Assembly (NCBI RefSeq): GCF_018350175.1
Contig: NC_058383.1
Span: 868,001-932,000 of the forward strand
From: Felis catus
Taxonomy: Eukaryota
Length of the DNA: 64,000 nucleotides
Reading direction: 5' to 3'
The notes beneath the pieces are model-generated. The model had not been told where the DNA came from. It ran no database searches and saw only the letters and a list, made by a program, of their open reading frames with translations. The stretch's first letter is position 1. Each line of letters opens with the position of its first letter. The position numbers and the translations under genes are program-made. Shown piece by piece: positions 52,501-62,094 of the stretch.

Positions 52501-53757
52501 CCCAGGACGCACGTCTCAGACTGGTGTCTCAGGACGCATGCAGGCCTTTAGCCTCTCCATGGGGTGCTAGCTTTGTTCTGAGGAGCTCAGGCTAGAAGCC
52601 CCCAGCAGAGCGTCCAGTGTCCCCCTGGGGTGCCTGGGGGACAGCGCCTGAGGGGGGTCACCCTCCACGGAGGCGGGGAGCAGGTGAGCCTCTAGGGGCC
52701 GTTCCTGCCCCACCCCCACCTTCAGCGAGGCCCAGGGGCTGCTGCCTTGGGCTCAGAAGCAGGTGCTGATGGCCCGAGGGCACAGCCTGTCTGTTCCCTG
52801 TCAATCCCAGGACAATTAGCCCCAGGAAGGGAGGGGAAGCTACTCAGGACTCTGGCACCTTGGAAATCACCCCAGAGCAGGGGCCACCCGGGAGCAAAGT
52901 CCAGGAGATGTGGCGGCAGGGAGGATCCACGCAGGTGGATGGACTGCGAGCTCATTACAGGCCGCACCTGCCCCCTCCCCCGAGCGCCACCTGGACTGGC
53001 CTCCTGCCCAGCGCAGCCGGCACCAGCGGGGGGAGAGGGGGGAGCCCTTTCCCACCCCACCAGCTTCATGGGGACCCAGCCGGTCCTTGCTCCCCCTGCC
53101 CCCTGATCCCCCCGCGAAAGGGTGGCTCGAGGTGGGGGCCATGACGTCACCTCTAGGTGGCGGGGAGCCAGGTGGACCCCCCCCCACACACACACCCACG
53201 CACAGAAGCCCGCGGGGCCGCCTGGCCCTTTCCCTCCCTGCAGCCGCTCGCCCGCGCGATTTCCTCTTTCTCTGCGGAGCCGAGGTTTCGCAACGCGGCG
53301 GTGGAGGTCCGCGGGTGACAGCGAGACACGCAGCCCGGGGTGGGGGACGGGGGTGGGGGTGGAGGGAGACGACACAGCCTCAGGCCCGGGGCCGCTGGGA
53401 GGCGACGTCCGGCTCCGTGCAGGTGCACTCCGGGCCCGCGCCCCCCAGCCACGCAGGCGCCGCAAGCAGCCCTCCTGCCCACCCCCCCCCCACGCCCGGG
53501 GCCGGCATCCAGGCCGGCCCCCACCCCGGGCCGCACCCATCCCGGCCCCGCACCCTCCCCGGCCCCGGCCCCGGCCCCGCACCCGCCCGGGCTCCGTCCC
53601 CGCACCCACACCCGGCCCCGCACCCGCCCGGGCCCCGCAGCCACCCCGGGGCGCACCCGCCCGGCCCGCACCTACCCGGGGCGCCGCAGTCGGCGCAGCG
53701 CGCGTTCCCCGGCCGCTGCAGCAGCTCCAGGACCGCCCTTCGCCGCTCCTTGGCCAT
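2703..53757 (-). CDS. ADAP1: ArfGAP with dual PH domains 1 (centaurin-alpha1), full gene span, 11 coding exons, 374 aa
   Basis: Spliced exons total 82+131+92+83+113+147+84+63+72+229+29=1125 nt, [24 protein letters not shown]...VEAHFKHKP*. ArfGAP zinc finger C21-x2-C24-x16-C41-x2-C44-x4-R49 intact. PH-domain residues R149 and R273 present. All junctions GT-AG with consistent phases. Confidence 0.98.
2816..3044 (-). CDS. ADAP1: ADAP1 exon 10 ([17 protein letters not shown]...[11 protein letters not shown])
   Basis: Acceptor CCACAG, donor GTGAGT; 229 nt. Confidence 0.97.
3223..3294 (-). CDS. ADAP1: ADAP1 exon 9 ([24 protein letters not shown])
   Basis: Acceptor TCACAG, donor GTAAGG; 72 nt. Confidence 0.97.
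3900..3962 (-). CDS. ADAP1: ADAP1 exon 8 ([21 protein letters not shown]), start of PH2
   Basis: Acceptor CCCCAG, donor GTGAGT; 63 nt. Confidence 0.97.
4191..4274 (-). CDS. ADAP1: ADAP1 exon 7 ([28 protein letters not shown])
   Basis: Acceptor CCGCAG, donor GTGAGT; 84 nt. Confidence 0.97.
5670..6265 (+). mobile_element. LINE-1 ORF2 fragment (degenerate)
   Basis: Translation [39 protein letters not shown] is typical L1 ORF2 upstream of the RT domain; then QVG..QG and DAEKA..DK motifs. Confidence 0.9.
6270..10090 (+). mobile_element. Old LINE-1 (L1M/L1MB-like), inter-ORF region to 3' end with internal deletions; interrupted by a SINE at 8110
   Basis: ORF2 EN-, RT- and C-terminal-like DNA motifs (ggacagtcttttcaaccaagtgttgggaaaa, aaatgaactccaagtggatagagg) and an L1M-type 3' end finishing in aataaaa. 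Confidence 0.85.
8110..8316 (+). mobile_element. CAN-SINE (tRNA-derived)
   Basis: ggggcgcct head, (CT)n region, aataaa/A-T tail; TSD ccagcaaaga/ccaacaaaga. Confidence 0.9.
10467..10613 (-). CDS. ADAP1: ADAP1 exon 6 ([49 protein letters not shown])
   Basis: Acceptor TTCCAG, donor GTGGGT; 147 nt. Confidence 0.97.
11212..11324 (-). CDS. ADAP1: ADAP1 exon 5 ([38 protein letters not shown]), start of PH1
   Basis: Acceptor CCCCAG, donor GTGAGC; 113 nt. Confidence 0.97.
13930..14365 (+). mobile_element. Highly diverged, GC-shifted L1M 3' fragment
   Basis: ttgtcacggctcacagaactgtccccttcacgggc...ttatacatggattgtatc resembles the L1M 3'-end motif. Confidence 0.5.
17486..17568 (-). CDS. ADAP1: ADAP1 exon 4 ([27 protein letters not shown])
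   Basis: Acceptor CCCCAG, donor GTAAGA; 83 nt. Confidence 0.97.
17780..18143 (+). mobile_element. Young SINEC_Fc (17780-~18005) followed by a short CAN-SINE (18027-~18143)
   Basis: Near-consensus ggggcgcctgggtggcgcagtcggttaagcgtccgacttcagccaggtcacg...; A-rich tails; second element has TSD aaatggccctc/aattggctctg. Confidence 0.93.
19068..19368 (+). mobile_element. MaLR (MLT1-type) solo LTR remnant
   Basis: gatgaactgtgtccccc...gggtcctaacc...gatgaggtc...gacctccaggatgtgggaacagtgaatttctgttg pattern. Confidence 0.7.
21016..21107 (-). CDS. ADAP1: ADAP1 exon 3 ([31 protein letters not shown])
   Basis: Acceptor CCGCAG, donor GTAAGT; 92 nt. Confidence 0.97.
21780..25500 (+). mobile_element. Fragmented old L1 pieces with four SINEs (22100-22325 +, 23000-23210 +, 23295-23507 -, 24581-24788 +)
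   Basis: L1 ORF2 C-terminal and 3'-end motifs (ctaccagatattaaaacc, ttttgggaaaatgttccaaaat); SINE heads, CT tracts and tails; TSD taagatggcgggttt/taaaatggtgggttt. Confidence 0.75.
25821..25951 (-). CDS. ADAP1: ADAP1 exon 2 ([44 protein letters not shown])
   Basis: Acceptor TTCCAG, donor GTACGG; 131 nt; second half of the ArfGAP zinc finger. Confidence 0.97.
30298..30609 (+). mobile_element. MER58A (hAT-Charlie non-autonomous DNA transposon) with a short CAN-SINE inserted at ~30490-30590
   Basis: ggggttagcaagctgcggccc...tttgtaaataaagttttattgg...gcagagttgagtggtcgtgacagag...ctatctggccctttaagaaaa matches the recalled MER58A consensus; TSD aaaacatttgc/aaaacgttggc. Confidence 0.8.
30946..31040 (+). 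mobile_element. Short CAN-SINE
   Basis: ggggcgcctggctggctc...gactcttggtctcagggtcatgaactcgagccc; TSD aaagacagaaaccgg/aaagacaaaatccgg. Confidence 0.85.
31100..33910 (+). mobile_element. L1 ORF2 fragments interrupted by five SINEs (31889-32100 +, 32198-32300 +, 32346-32559 -, 32608-32822 +, 33558-33770 -)
   Basis: RT-region motifs (aaacctacagctgacatcatacctaa, acatgattatcagtgtagaaaatc, gaaagactcaatatcgtgaagatg); clear TSDs such as aaagatctgctctttga/aaagatctgccctttga. Confidence 0.88.
35647..35853 (+). mobile_element. SINEC_Fc-type CAN-SINE
   Basis: Consensus head, (CT)n region, aataaataaacattaaa tail. Confidence 0.92.
36765..37305. repeat. G/A-rich minisatellite with a ~174-bp higher-order duplication
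   Basis: GGGGGCAGA-type units; block starting ggtagaggggg at 36957 recurs at 37131. Confidence 0.85.
39480..44840 (+). mobile_element. Old LINE-1 (ORF1 remnant, inter-ORF, ORF2), strongly GC-shifted, interrupted by SINEs
   Basis: ORF1 C-terminal motif ([21 protein letters not shown] at ~40310-40380); ORF2 EN and RT remnants; atcctaaaattcatatggaatttcaagggaccc. Confidence 0.87.
40661..41430. mobile_element. SINE cluster: 40661-40873 (-), short piece ~40876-40945 (+), 40955-41182 (+), young SINEC_Fc 41202-41430 (-)
   Basis: Heads, CT tracts and A/T tails visible in both orientations. Confidence 0.9.
43865..45058. mobile_element. SINEs: partial 43865-43956 (-), 43959-44174 (-), 44381-44602 (+), 44842-45058 (+)
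   Basis: CAN-SINE consensus features; TSD aaattgtcaaaattcca/aaactgtcaaaattcca around the 44381 copy. Confidence 0.88.
45060..48752 (+). mobile_element. Second LINE-1 (ORF2 to 3' end; L1MA/L1_Carn-like) with SINEs at 45823, 46752, 46968 and 47682
   Basis: ORF2 motifs; 3' end gttgctaagagagtagatcttgaaag...tcattatgttgtacacctga; internal deletion near 47410. Confidence 0.87.
46495..46540. repeat. (AC)23 microsatellite
   Basis: Perfect dinucleotide run. Confidence 0.97.
48756..49245. mobile_element. Two head-to-head CAN-SINEs (48756-48990 -, 49014-49245 +)
   Basis: caggcgcccc at 48981-48990, then ggggtgcctggg at 49014. Confidence 0.92.
49850..50432 (+). mobile_element. L1M 3' fragment with a 60-bp internal tandem duplication (~50135-50242)
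   Basis: gtatggaaaacag...gaaagcaggactcagagac...ctgaactgcgcacttacggtggttaaaatggc; cacacggtcccggggt at 50149 and 50209. Confidence 0.75.
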
Positions 53758-54260
53758 GGCCGCGATGCCGCCCGCCCGCGATGCCGGGGCCGGGCCCGGA
53801 GCGTGCGCCCGCCGCGCTAGCGCCCCACGCAGGCCGCCCGCCGCCCGCGGCCCTGCGCCATCCTGGGCGGCCTCAGCCCGCGCGCCGGTTCCGCATTCCT
53901 GCCGCCCGGCCCGGCTCCGCCGCCGCCGCCGCCGCCGCCGCTCGTGTCGCCGCCGCGGCCGCCGAGCGTGTGCCGGCGCGGGGCCCGGGGCGCACGGCGC
54001 GCTCTGCTCTGGCCGGCGCGGCCCGCGGGCGGCCCCCAGCGGCGCGGGCGGGCGGGCGGCCTCCTTCCGCGCCCGCCCCGGGCCCCCAGCCCGCGCGCGT
54101 GGGGACCAGCTCGGAGGTCTGCCCGCCGCCCACGCCCATGCGAGCACCGCGTCCCACCCCGGGAGGAGGTGGCCAGCGGGCACCGGCGTCAGCGGGCACT
54201 CAGGCCGCAGAAGGGACAGGACACCTGTCACCTTGCCGGTCACCGTGCTCGGGATAAAGC
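53170..54260. promoter_or_regulatory. CpG island covering the ADAP1 promoter, 5'UTR and exon 1
   Basis: Very high GC and CpG density, GC boxes (GGGCGG), a (CCG)8 run, no TATA; surrounds the start codon. Confidence 0.9.
53676..53757 (-). CDS. ADAP1: ADAP1 coding exon 1 ([27 protein letters not shown])
   Basis: ATG in GCGGCCATGG context at 53757; donor GTAGG at 53675; 82 nt. Confidence 0.97.
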
Positions 54261-55056
54261 CCCTCGGGCAGGAGGCCAGGGACCCAGGAGTGCAGGTGAG
54301 GGGAGGTAGAGGGGACAGGTCACAAAGGTGTCCCCTTGTCTCCTCGTCTGCTTGCCTCAGCAGTTTTTCAAATTCTTTCCATTTTCTTGTTATGAATGCA
54401 ATGGTACCTGCTGTTACTGCAAATTGAAACTATCAGACCGAAAAATTACAGCTTCTCTCCACCCCCACCCCAGGAAATTCTGAACCAAACACTGTTAACA
54501 ATCCCTTAGCGTCCTTCCAGAATGGTCCCTGGCCTGTGAGAACACCAGGGGAGTCCCTAGTCCTTCTGATCTGCCGCTTTTTTTTTTTTTTTTGTCATTT
54601 GTTTTGGTTTGGTTTTTGGTCGGTTGATTTATTTTCGCTTAATAAACCTTCCTATCTCCCAAGTCCATACATACAGATTCACTTCCTTCTTGTTCAATGG
54701 CTGCATCCTGCTCAGGGCTCGGCGGGACCATCACATGTCCACCCAGCTGTGGGCTGAGGGGCCGCTGGCCTGTTTGCAGACTTTCAGAGTCACAGGCTAC
54801 ACCATGGAGTCCACCACCGACACCTTTGCGACTCTCCAAGGGGAGTCCCCTCGGGGACAAGGGGAAAGGCGTTCGAATCCGTGGCCAATCTGTGAACTTG
54901 CACTCTGTCAAGGCTGCACTGGCTTGCTCCCTGGGGCCTGGCTCCCCGTGCCCTGGCCAACAGAGGGTCCCGGAGCCTCAGCCACCTTTTCCACAGAGTG
55001 CGGCAACCCACTTTGGTCTGCATTTCTAGATCCTGTGGGGCTGTGTGCTGTTTATC

Positions 55057-55605
55057 ATTTTTTTCAGCAGTCTCCACACCCAGCGTGGGGCCTCCTGAAC
55101 TCACAACCCCAAGATGAAGAGTTACAGGCTCCACCGACCGAGCCAGCCAGGCATCCCGTGGTGCTGTGAGGTTTAACTGGTCACACGTCTGTCTCCCCCA
55201 TCGGACTGGAGCCTTGTGAATGAGGACAGATGGCATTTTCATCTCTGGGTCCGGTGCCAGGGTCAGATCCTACCCCCCAGCACAAACAAGAATGTTGCCG
55301 AAGGAAGACGTTAGCAAGTTACAGCTTTTGACCAGGCACCAGGCACCAGGCACCAGGCATGAGCTTGAACCCCTAGAAATACTTTCTTATTGGGGCACCT
55401 GGGTGGCTCAGTCCGACTTCAGCTCGTCACAATCTCACAGTTCGTGGGTTTGAGCCCCGCGTCGGGCTCTGGGCTGACCGCTCAGAGCCTGGAGCCTGCT
55501 TCAGATTCTGTGTCTCCCTCTCTCTCTGCACCTCCCCTACTCATGCTCTGTCTCTCTCCGCCTCTCAAAAATAAAGAAACATAATAAAAAAAATTTTTTT
55601 TAAAT
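55057..55605. mobile_element. Short CAN-SINE (55057-55157 -) and CAN-SINE (55392-55605 +)
   Basis: Consensus motifs; TSD aaatactttcttat on both sides of the second element. Confidence 0.85.
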
Positions 55606-57540
55606 AAATACTTTCTTATGTAACTCCCATTTTATGGGGAAACTGAGGCATGGGGCAATTCAGTCACCGGCTCCAAGCCACACATGGCTTATACAAGTCA
55701 GGACCAAGAGAAAGACACACACGCTGGTCAGGTGCCCAGAGAGGCCGACTGCCGTGGACCTGGACGTGGTTCCACCTGGGGACAGAGAACAGCATGGAAG
55801 GACGGGGGGTGGGGGGGCACAGAGGGACTCGGAGGAAGACCAGGAAAGGGACGGGCAAGCGCTTTCCATGGGAGGGAAAGGCCTGAGCAGCTGGCCTCAC
55901 CCTGTCGGGTGGGGAGGGGGTCCTCCGCCTTCTCTGTCGCCCCTTCCCCCTTCCAACTGAAGGGGTGATGACACAGTCCCCGGGGGAGGGATGACCCCAA
56001 AGGAGGCGAAAGCAAGATGTGCAGCCCCTGCCGGGCTGCCCGGCAAGGGGTGGGCCCCCCCAAGGGCTGCTGCTGGCTGCGGTCAGGCTGCCGAGGGTTG
56101 TGACAGCACGGCCGGTGCCGGGTCAGAACCGGCCCGGGTCTCGTGGGAGGCGAGGGGTCAGTGTGGGCGGCTCGCCTGCCCCTCCCGCTGTCCTTGGTCT
56201 GCAAGGCTCTGCTGAAGGTCCCTGAGTCCCAGTTACTCAAGCATCCTCTGAGCCCAGGCAGGGGCCTGGACAGCCAGTGCCTGCCCGCCCATGACCGCTC
56301 AGCCACCCCGAGCAGACGGGGAGCTCCGGGGGGCGGGGCCTGCCTGCTGCCCATCCCCATAGCACCGGGGGAGGCCACGCACAGCTGGCCGGCAGGGGAA
56401 CCGGCGTCTCACCGGCTGGCAGAGCCAAGGTGAGACCGGGCCCCTTGGGCTAGGGGACAGGGAGGCACGTCGGCACTGGCAGGGGCTGGCCCTCCCAACG
56501 AAGGAGTGGAATGGACACAGGCTTCCAGGGACTGGGGCCGGTGCTGGGCCCCTCTGAAGGGATGGACCTGCCCTCAGCCTCGCACTTGGCCTCTACTGAC
56601 AGAGAACCCACTTTCCAAAGGCGGGTGACAGGAGCCTTGCCAGGCTCCCTTCCCTGCAGATACACACAGCTCCTTGCCTCCTCCTCCTTGAAGCCCTCCC
56701 AGACGGCCCTGGGCAGAATTTCCCACGTGAGGAAAGATGACCCCTGCCCAGTGTCAGGATTTTGCCCATGGACCTCAGAACACCCAGCTCCCAGCCCAGA
56801 GTCTTGAGATGATCAGGCCCAGAGCACCCTGCGTTCTAACACCCCCTTGAGCAGAATACAAAGGGAACCCTCTCAACACTTTCCTGTCTTTTTACCACCA
56901 AGCTCTTTCCATCCTAAGACCTCCAAAGCACGAACTGATGGGACCGCCAAGAAACCTTGCTAGTCCGTGGAGTCCCCCTCCAAGCTGTGAGCGGCTCTGG
57001 GGCACGGCAATGCTGTGTGGTGTCTGTCCACACCCCTGACGTCTGTAGTCCTGATCAGGCGGACGCTGAGGCAGCTGGAAACTGAGGGAATCCCGGCTTG
57101 GCCGGCGTGCAGCTTGGACGTGTGAGCTGGGCTGGGAAGACACTGGACTGCTCTGGGCCTGAAACTTGGGCCTGGTCACGGAGAACCTCGCTGGAGAGCA
57201 GGCCCTGGGCTGCTCGGGGGTCCCAGGATGCACAGCGGTGGCGGGCAGAGGACAGAGACCCTCCGGCCCAGCCACGGAGACGGAGCCCCAAAACTGAAGG
57301 CAGGGGTCCAGGCGGGATGGAGAAACCAAGGTTGCTAGAGGCGAGAGTGGCCCAGGGGGCCTCAAGAGCAGGGCGTCCCGCTCAGGCGCCTCCTGGCAGG
57401 CAGCGAGGTTGCGCCGGGGCAGGAGGGCCGCTCTGGTGCCTGGTGGGGACAGCGGCCCCGCAACGAAGGGTCCTAGAGGGCAGCACCCCCCACCCCGGGC
57501 TGCAGGATTGCCTTCACAGTATCCTGCATTTGCTGATTTA

Positions 57541-58030
57541 TGCTGTGGGTTGAATTGTCTCCCTAAAGCCAGGCTGGAGTCCCAGCCCCTGAACCCCTGA
57601 ACTGTGAAAGTGGCCTTATCTGGGAGGGGGACTTTGCACATGAGGGGTGGGCCCTGATCCAATGACCGAGTCCTTATAAAAGGGGGATTTGGACACAGAC
57701 ACGCACCCAGGGAGAGCGCCATGTGATGAAGGACGAAGAGATCGGGGGTTGGGGGGTGGCAAGGGGAGAGTCCCGGAGCAGCTGCCTCCCCCAGAGCCTC
57801 CGGGAGGAGCCTGGCCTCCATGGGGGCCACCCCCAGAGCTGGGGGGGACAAATGTCTGTAGTTCAAAGCCTCATGACCATCGGGGCCCCCCCAGGCCCCT
57901 CCCCAGAGCTGGGGGGGACGAATGTCTGTAGTTCAAAGCCTCATGACCATCGGGGCCCCCCCAGGCCCCTCCCCAGAGCTGGGGGGGACAAATGTCTGTA
58001 GTTCAAAGCCTCACGAGCGAACTAACACAG
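57541..58030 (+). mobile_element. MaLR (MLT1A/B/C-type) solo LTR
   Basis: tgctgtgggttgaattgtctccc...ccctgatccaatgaccgagtccttataaaaggggg...gagcgccatgtgatgaagg...aactaacaca. Confidence 0.8.
57831..58013. repeat. 70-bp tandem repeat, ~2.6 copies
   Basis: ccccagagctgggggggac[a/g]aatgtctgtagttcaaagcctca starts at 57831, 57901 and 57971. Confidence 0.95.
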
Positions 58031-60569
58031 TTACACATTGCTGTTCTTAGCCGCCTTCATACAAGTCAGGAAGCCATCAGCCGGCTGGCAGGCACCCACA
58101 CCTCCCCCTGCGGCCTGCACCCAAGGGGACCCACGGGCTCTCTTCCCTCCCCAGCCTCCCGCCCACCTGCATCGGGGACGGTCCAGGATGCCTGGACCAA
58201 TCTAACTTGGGGAGACATAAAGCAAACGGGGTGGGGGTCTGACCGCCTTAGAGCCCCGGGCCCAAGTCTGGGGGTGCATTTTCCTCCCCCTGAAGCCAAA
58301 GGAAGCCCTCGAGGCCCCAGCTGCCTGCCCCAGCTGCCCATTCTCACGTCTCCAGGTTCCTGCCTACACCCCTGGCCCGCAGCCCTGCCCGGGGCCATAC
58401 CTTCCTGTGGGACCCCCACCTGGTGTCCCCTCTTTGTCCCGCCCTCCAGAGGCTGATGTGGAGAACGCCCTCCCTGCTCCATCGTGGTGGACCCTGGTGG
58501 ACCCTGCTTACTGAGCACCTACTGTGTGCCCCGTCTGGGGTGGGAGCCCCTGTAGGCCAGTCCCTGCCTCCAGGGAGGCCAAGAGACTGGCCGTCACCCG
58601 TGTTGGATGGAGGGGGGAGGAGAGGCCACCAAGTATCAGGGAGGACAGGGAGGGGTCCCCCCGGGGGCCGTGGGCACAGAGGCAGAGGGCCGGAGACGGG
58701 GACAGGGGAAGGCTACAGTGAGCAAGGTGCCTGGGAGGGCTGTGCGGGGCTGGAGGGAGCTCTCAGGGAAGGGGTGAGTGAGGTGGGACAGTGTGGGGGT
58801 GGGGGGGGAGCTGCAGGACAGACGGTAGGTGGAGAGGACAAGTTCAGAGACAAGGAGGAAGCATGAGGGCCTGGGTGCCTCAGGTGTCCCCGTCCCCACA
58901 GAGGTGTCTCCACAGAGGTGTCCCCCCAGGTGTCCCCACAGAGGTGTCCCCTTTTCCCTGGATGCCAGGAGCCCCGAGGGGAGCTGACCACCAACCGCCT
59001 GCCTTGGCTCCCTCTTTTTCTGCCCGGACACCAGCCGTCTCCAGACTCTTGAGGAAATTCTGTAAAGCAGGTGGGGTTGGCAGTCCCGCCTGGGACAGGG
59101 GAGGGGGCACACCCAGCCCAAAGGAGGTGGGCAGCGTGGAGGCCGATCCCCTCCACCCCTGGGCCAGCACGCAGGAGGAGCCGGGCGAACGCTCGGAGTT
59201 CTTTGGTCTACACGGCCCTGTCTTTCCAGGGAGCCGGGCCCCTCCTCCCCTGGGACCGGGCGGTGGCCACGCGCCTCGACAGTGTTCACCGCGCACCTGC
59301 TCCGTGCAGAACCCTGAGCAGGTTGGAGGAGCCGGCCACCTCATCGGGGAGGAGACAGGGACCACAAGGCACCCAGCAGAGGGGGTCCAGCCCCTGCCAG
59401 AGCCCCCCCCCCCGCCAACACCGGCACGAGGCCTACACTGCATCAGGCCTGACCCTGGAGTGGGCGGGGCAGACACTGCCTCCCAGACCCAGACCCCAGC
59501 CTGGAGCCCTCCCCGCAGACACCGAGCAAGCAGCAGATCCCAGGGCGGCCTCGGGCAAGCCGTGAGCAGAGCGGGAACCAGGACGGGTCCCGGAACCCTC
59601 CCCCGGGGCCTCGCGCCCTCCTCCGGCCCTCTCTGGGCAGGGTGGCCGCGTCCGGGTGCCTTGGCCCTCCCTCCTCCCCGGGCCTGCCGGTCCCCAGGGG
59701 GCCCCTGGCCTCCACCGTGAGCCGGAGTGTCAGCTGTGGGCAAAGCCCCCGGGAGGACACGGGATGGGGAAGCCGAGGAGGGTCGGCCACGAGGTCCAGG
59801 GAGGCCACGCGCCCGGCCGCGAGAAACAGCCTCCTGCTGTGGCGGGGGACGCAGCCCTGTCCCCACAGAGTTCCCGTTTTCCAGCCGGCCCTCGGGCAGG
59901 CCATCAGCCCACGGCCCCGCCCCCGTAGACACGGCCATTTGTTTGCTCGCCAAGAGAAACACAGAAAAAGCACAAGGAAAGAGGATCCCAGTCACCCAGG
60001 GCCTCACGGGAGAGAGGACGAAACGAGGGGCCGACAGATGTGCGAAGAGGGCGCCGTCCTGCCCTGGCCCAGAAGTCACAGCCCCACAGGCCGGGGGAGC
60101 CGGCCACAGCCACCGGGTGCTTTCCACATCGCCGTCTGGGAGCGGCGCTAGCCCAGAAACTGCCTGGGAAGGTGCGGGTCTCCGGGGGTGTCCCCAAAGA
60201 TGATGTGGGGGTGGGGTGCTGAGGGTTGCCGAGTGGGTTGGGGACACTGAAAGACAGTTTTGCTTGGTTTCCCAAAGAGCAAGAACACGACAGCATGTGG
60301 CAGTGGGAGGAGGGTGGGTGTGGGAGGCGCTCCCACCCGTCCCGCGGGCCGGCAAAGGCATGGTCCCCCCCTGCGCGTGAGGCGTCCCCGGGGCCGGGCG
60401 GGCCGCAAGGGTCGGGTCCTCTGGGGCTGTCTGCCACTTTCCGCCCGTGGTTTCCCGTGGTTTGGGGACAAGGGTGAGGTCCGAAATAGGCCACTGGGGC
60501 TTGCTCTCTTCCCCTGACCCGGTCCCCTTCCGGCAAGGACGTTGAGCAGTGGATCTTAAGTTCACACGC

Positions 60570-61450
60570 AAATCAGTGCAAAAAAAAGTCCAAAAAATCG
60601 CTTATAAGGAACCTCTGCAAGTCACTAATAAAAAAGGCAAGTGACCCAGTTTAGCAACAAGAAGATGATAGGAATAGACGCTCCTCTAAGACCTACAGCT
60701 GGCCAGGACGCACACGAAAAGATGTTCGACACCCTCAGCCGTCAGGGAAATGCAGGTCGAGACACTAGCAGATCCCACTTCTCCCCCCCTCACACGCACA
60801 CACAGACACGCACGCACGTGCACGTGCACACCCAGGCGCACACAGAGGAACACATAGGCACACAGAGATGCACGCATGTACACACAGGAATACACAGGCA
60901 CGGATGCACGCGTGTGAACATGTACACACATGCACAGGAATGCACACACAGGAACACACGCACACATGCACACAGAGAGGCACACGTACACACAGGTGCA
61001 CATGCACAACAATGGCTGCAACTCAGAAACAGAAAGTGACAAGTGTGGCGACGGTGTGGGACCCAAAGCCTCGTCCACGGCTGCTGGGCACGTAGAATTC
61101 GCAGCCACTGTGTGAACAGTCTGGGAGGTCCTCCGACGGTCAGTGAATTCCCAAGTGCCCAGCGAGCCCAAGTACAGATCCAAGAGAAACGAAACCACAT
61201 TCACATAAAAGCTTGTACGTGCATGTCCGCATTATGCACGTAGAAATTCAATACTATTCGCAACAGCTGAAGGCGGAAGCAACCCAGTGTCCATCAGATG
61301 AGGAATGAGTAAACACCACGTGGTCTGCCGCACCGTGGAATATTACTCTGCGGAGTAGTGACCCACGCACCACCTGGACGAACCCGGAAAACACGACGCT
61401 TGGTGAAATCCACCGGCCACAAAAGGACACGCGCTGCATTCTACTCCTGT
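60570..61450 (+). mobile_element. Old L1 3' fragment interrupted by a cryptic (CA)-rich tract (~60790-61010)
   Basis: tataaggaacctctgcaagtcactaataaaaa...caacccagtgtccatcagatgaggaatgagtaaac. Confidence 0.75.
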
Positions 61451-61967
61451 GAGTCCCCTTCCCGGGAGTACTCACGCCGGTCTCCCTGTGTTGCAGTAAG
61501 AACTCAGAGGCTCTGTGCTTCTCGCGTCTGACGTCGTGGCCCCTGTGCTGAGCCTCCTGAACGAAGGGGTCCTGCCTTCCACTGCTCAGCGGCCCCACAC
61601 AAGGCCGACATCACATCCCTTAGAGGACGGGGAGACTGAGGCGGGAGGCGTTGGGTCACACAGCTCACAAGGCTTCCCTCCAAGATCACACCACAGGCCT
61701 GAGGACAGACTAGGGCAAAGGGACCCCCACACACCGCAGACCATCGTGGCCAAGGAGCCTTTCAGCCTCACAAACACGAGGAGGAAGGTGTGGAAGCACT
61801 TCACAGTCTATCAGGCCCCGCATGCTGCGAACACAGCTGCCTGCCTCTGAGCCCATCTGCCGTGAACTGAGTCTACGAACGAGTACATCAGGACAGGTCT
61901 CAGACAGGTGCAATGGGACAGGGCGTTTGAGATGGGTCTTGTGTTTCCCAGAGAAGGTCCCTCTGCC

Positions 61968-62078
61968 CACCCTCCCATCCATCCGTCCATCCGTCCACCC
62001 ACCCATCTATTCATTCATCCATCATCCATCATCTCTCCACCCATCCATCCATCCGCCTATCCACCCATCATCCATCTC
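61968..62078. repeat. (TCCA)n degenerate simple repeat
   Basis: ccatccatccgtccatcc... Confidence 0.85.
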
Positions 62079-62094
62079 TGTCTTCCCCCCATGG

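Noticed and set aside
52910..54427. 505-aa ORF antisense across the CpG island
   Set aside because: Typical CpG-island artefact; several overlapping frames are open for the same reason.
58880..60571. 563-aa minus-strand ORF upstream of ADAP1
   Set aside because: GC-driven open frame with no recognisable motifs or exon structure; not COX19-like.
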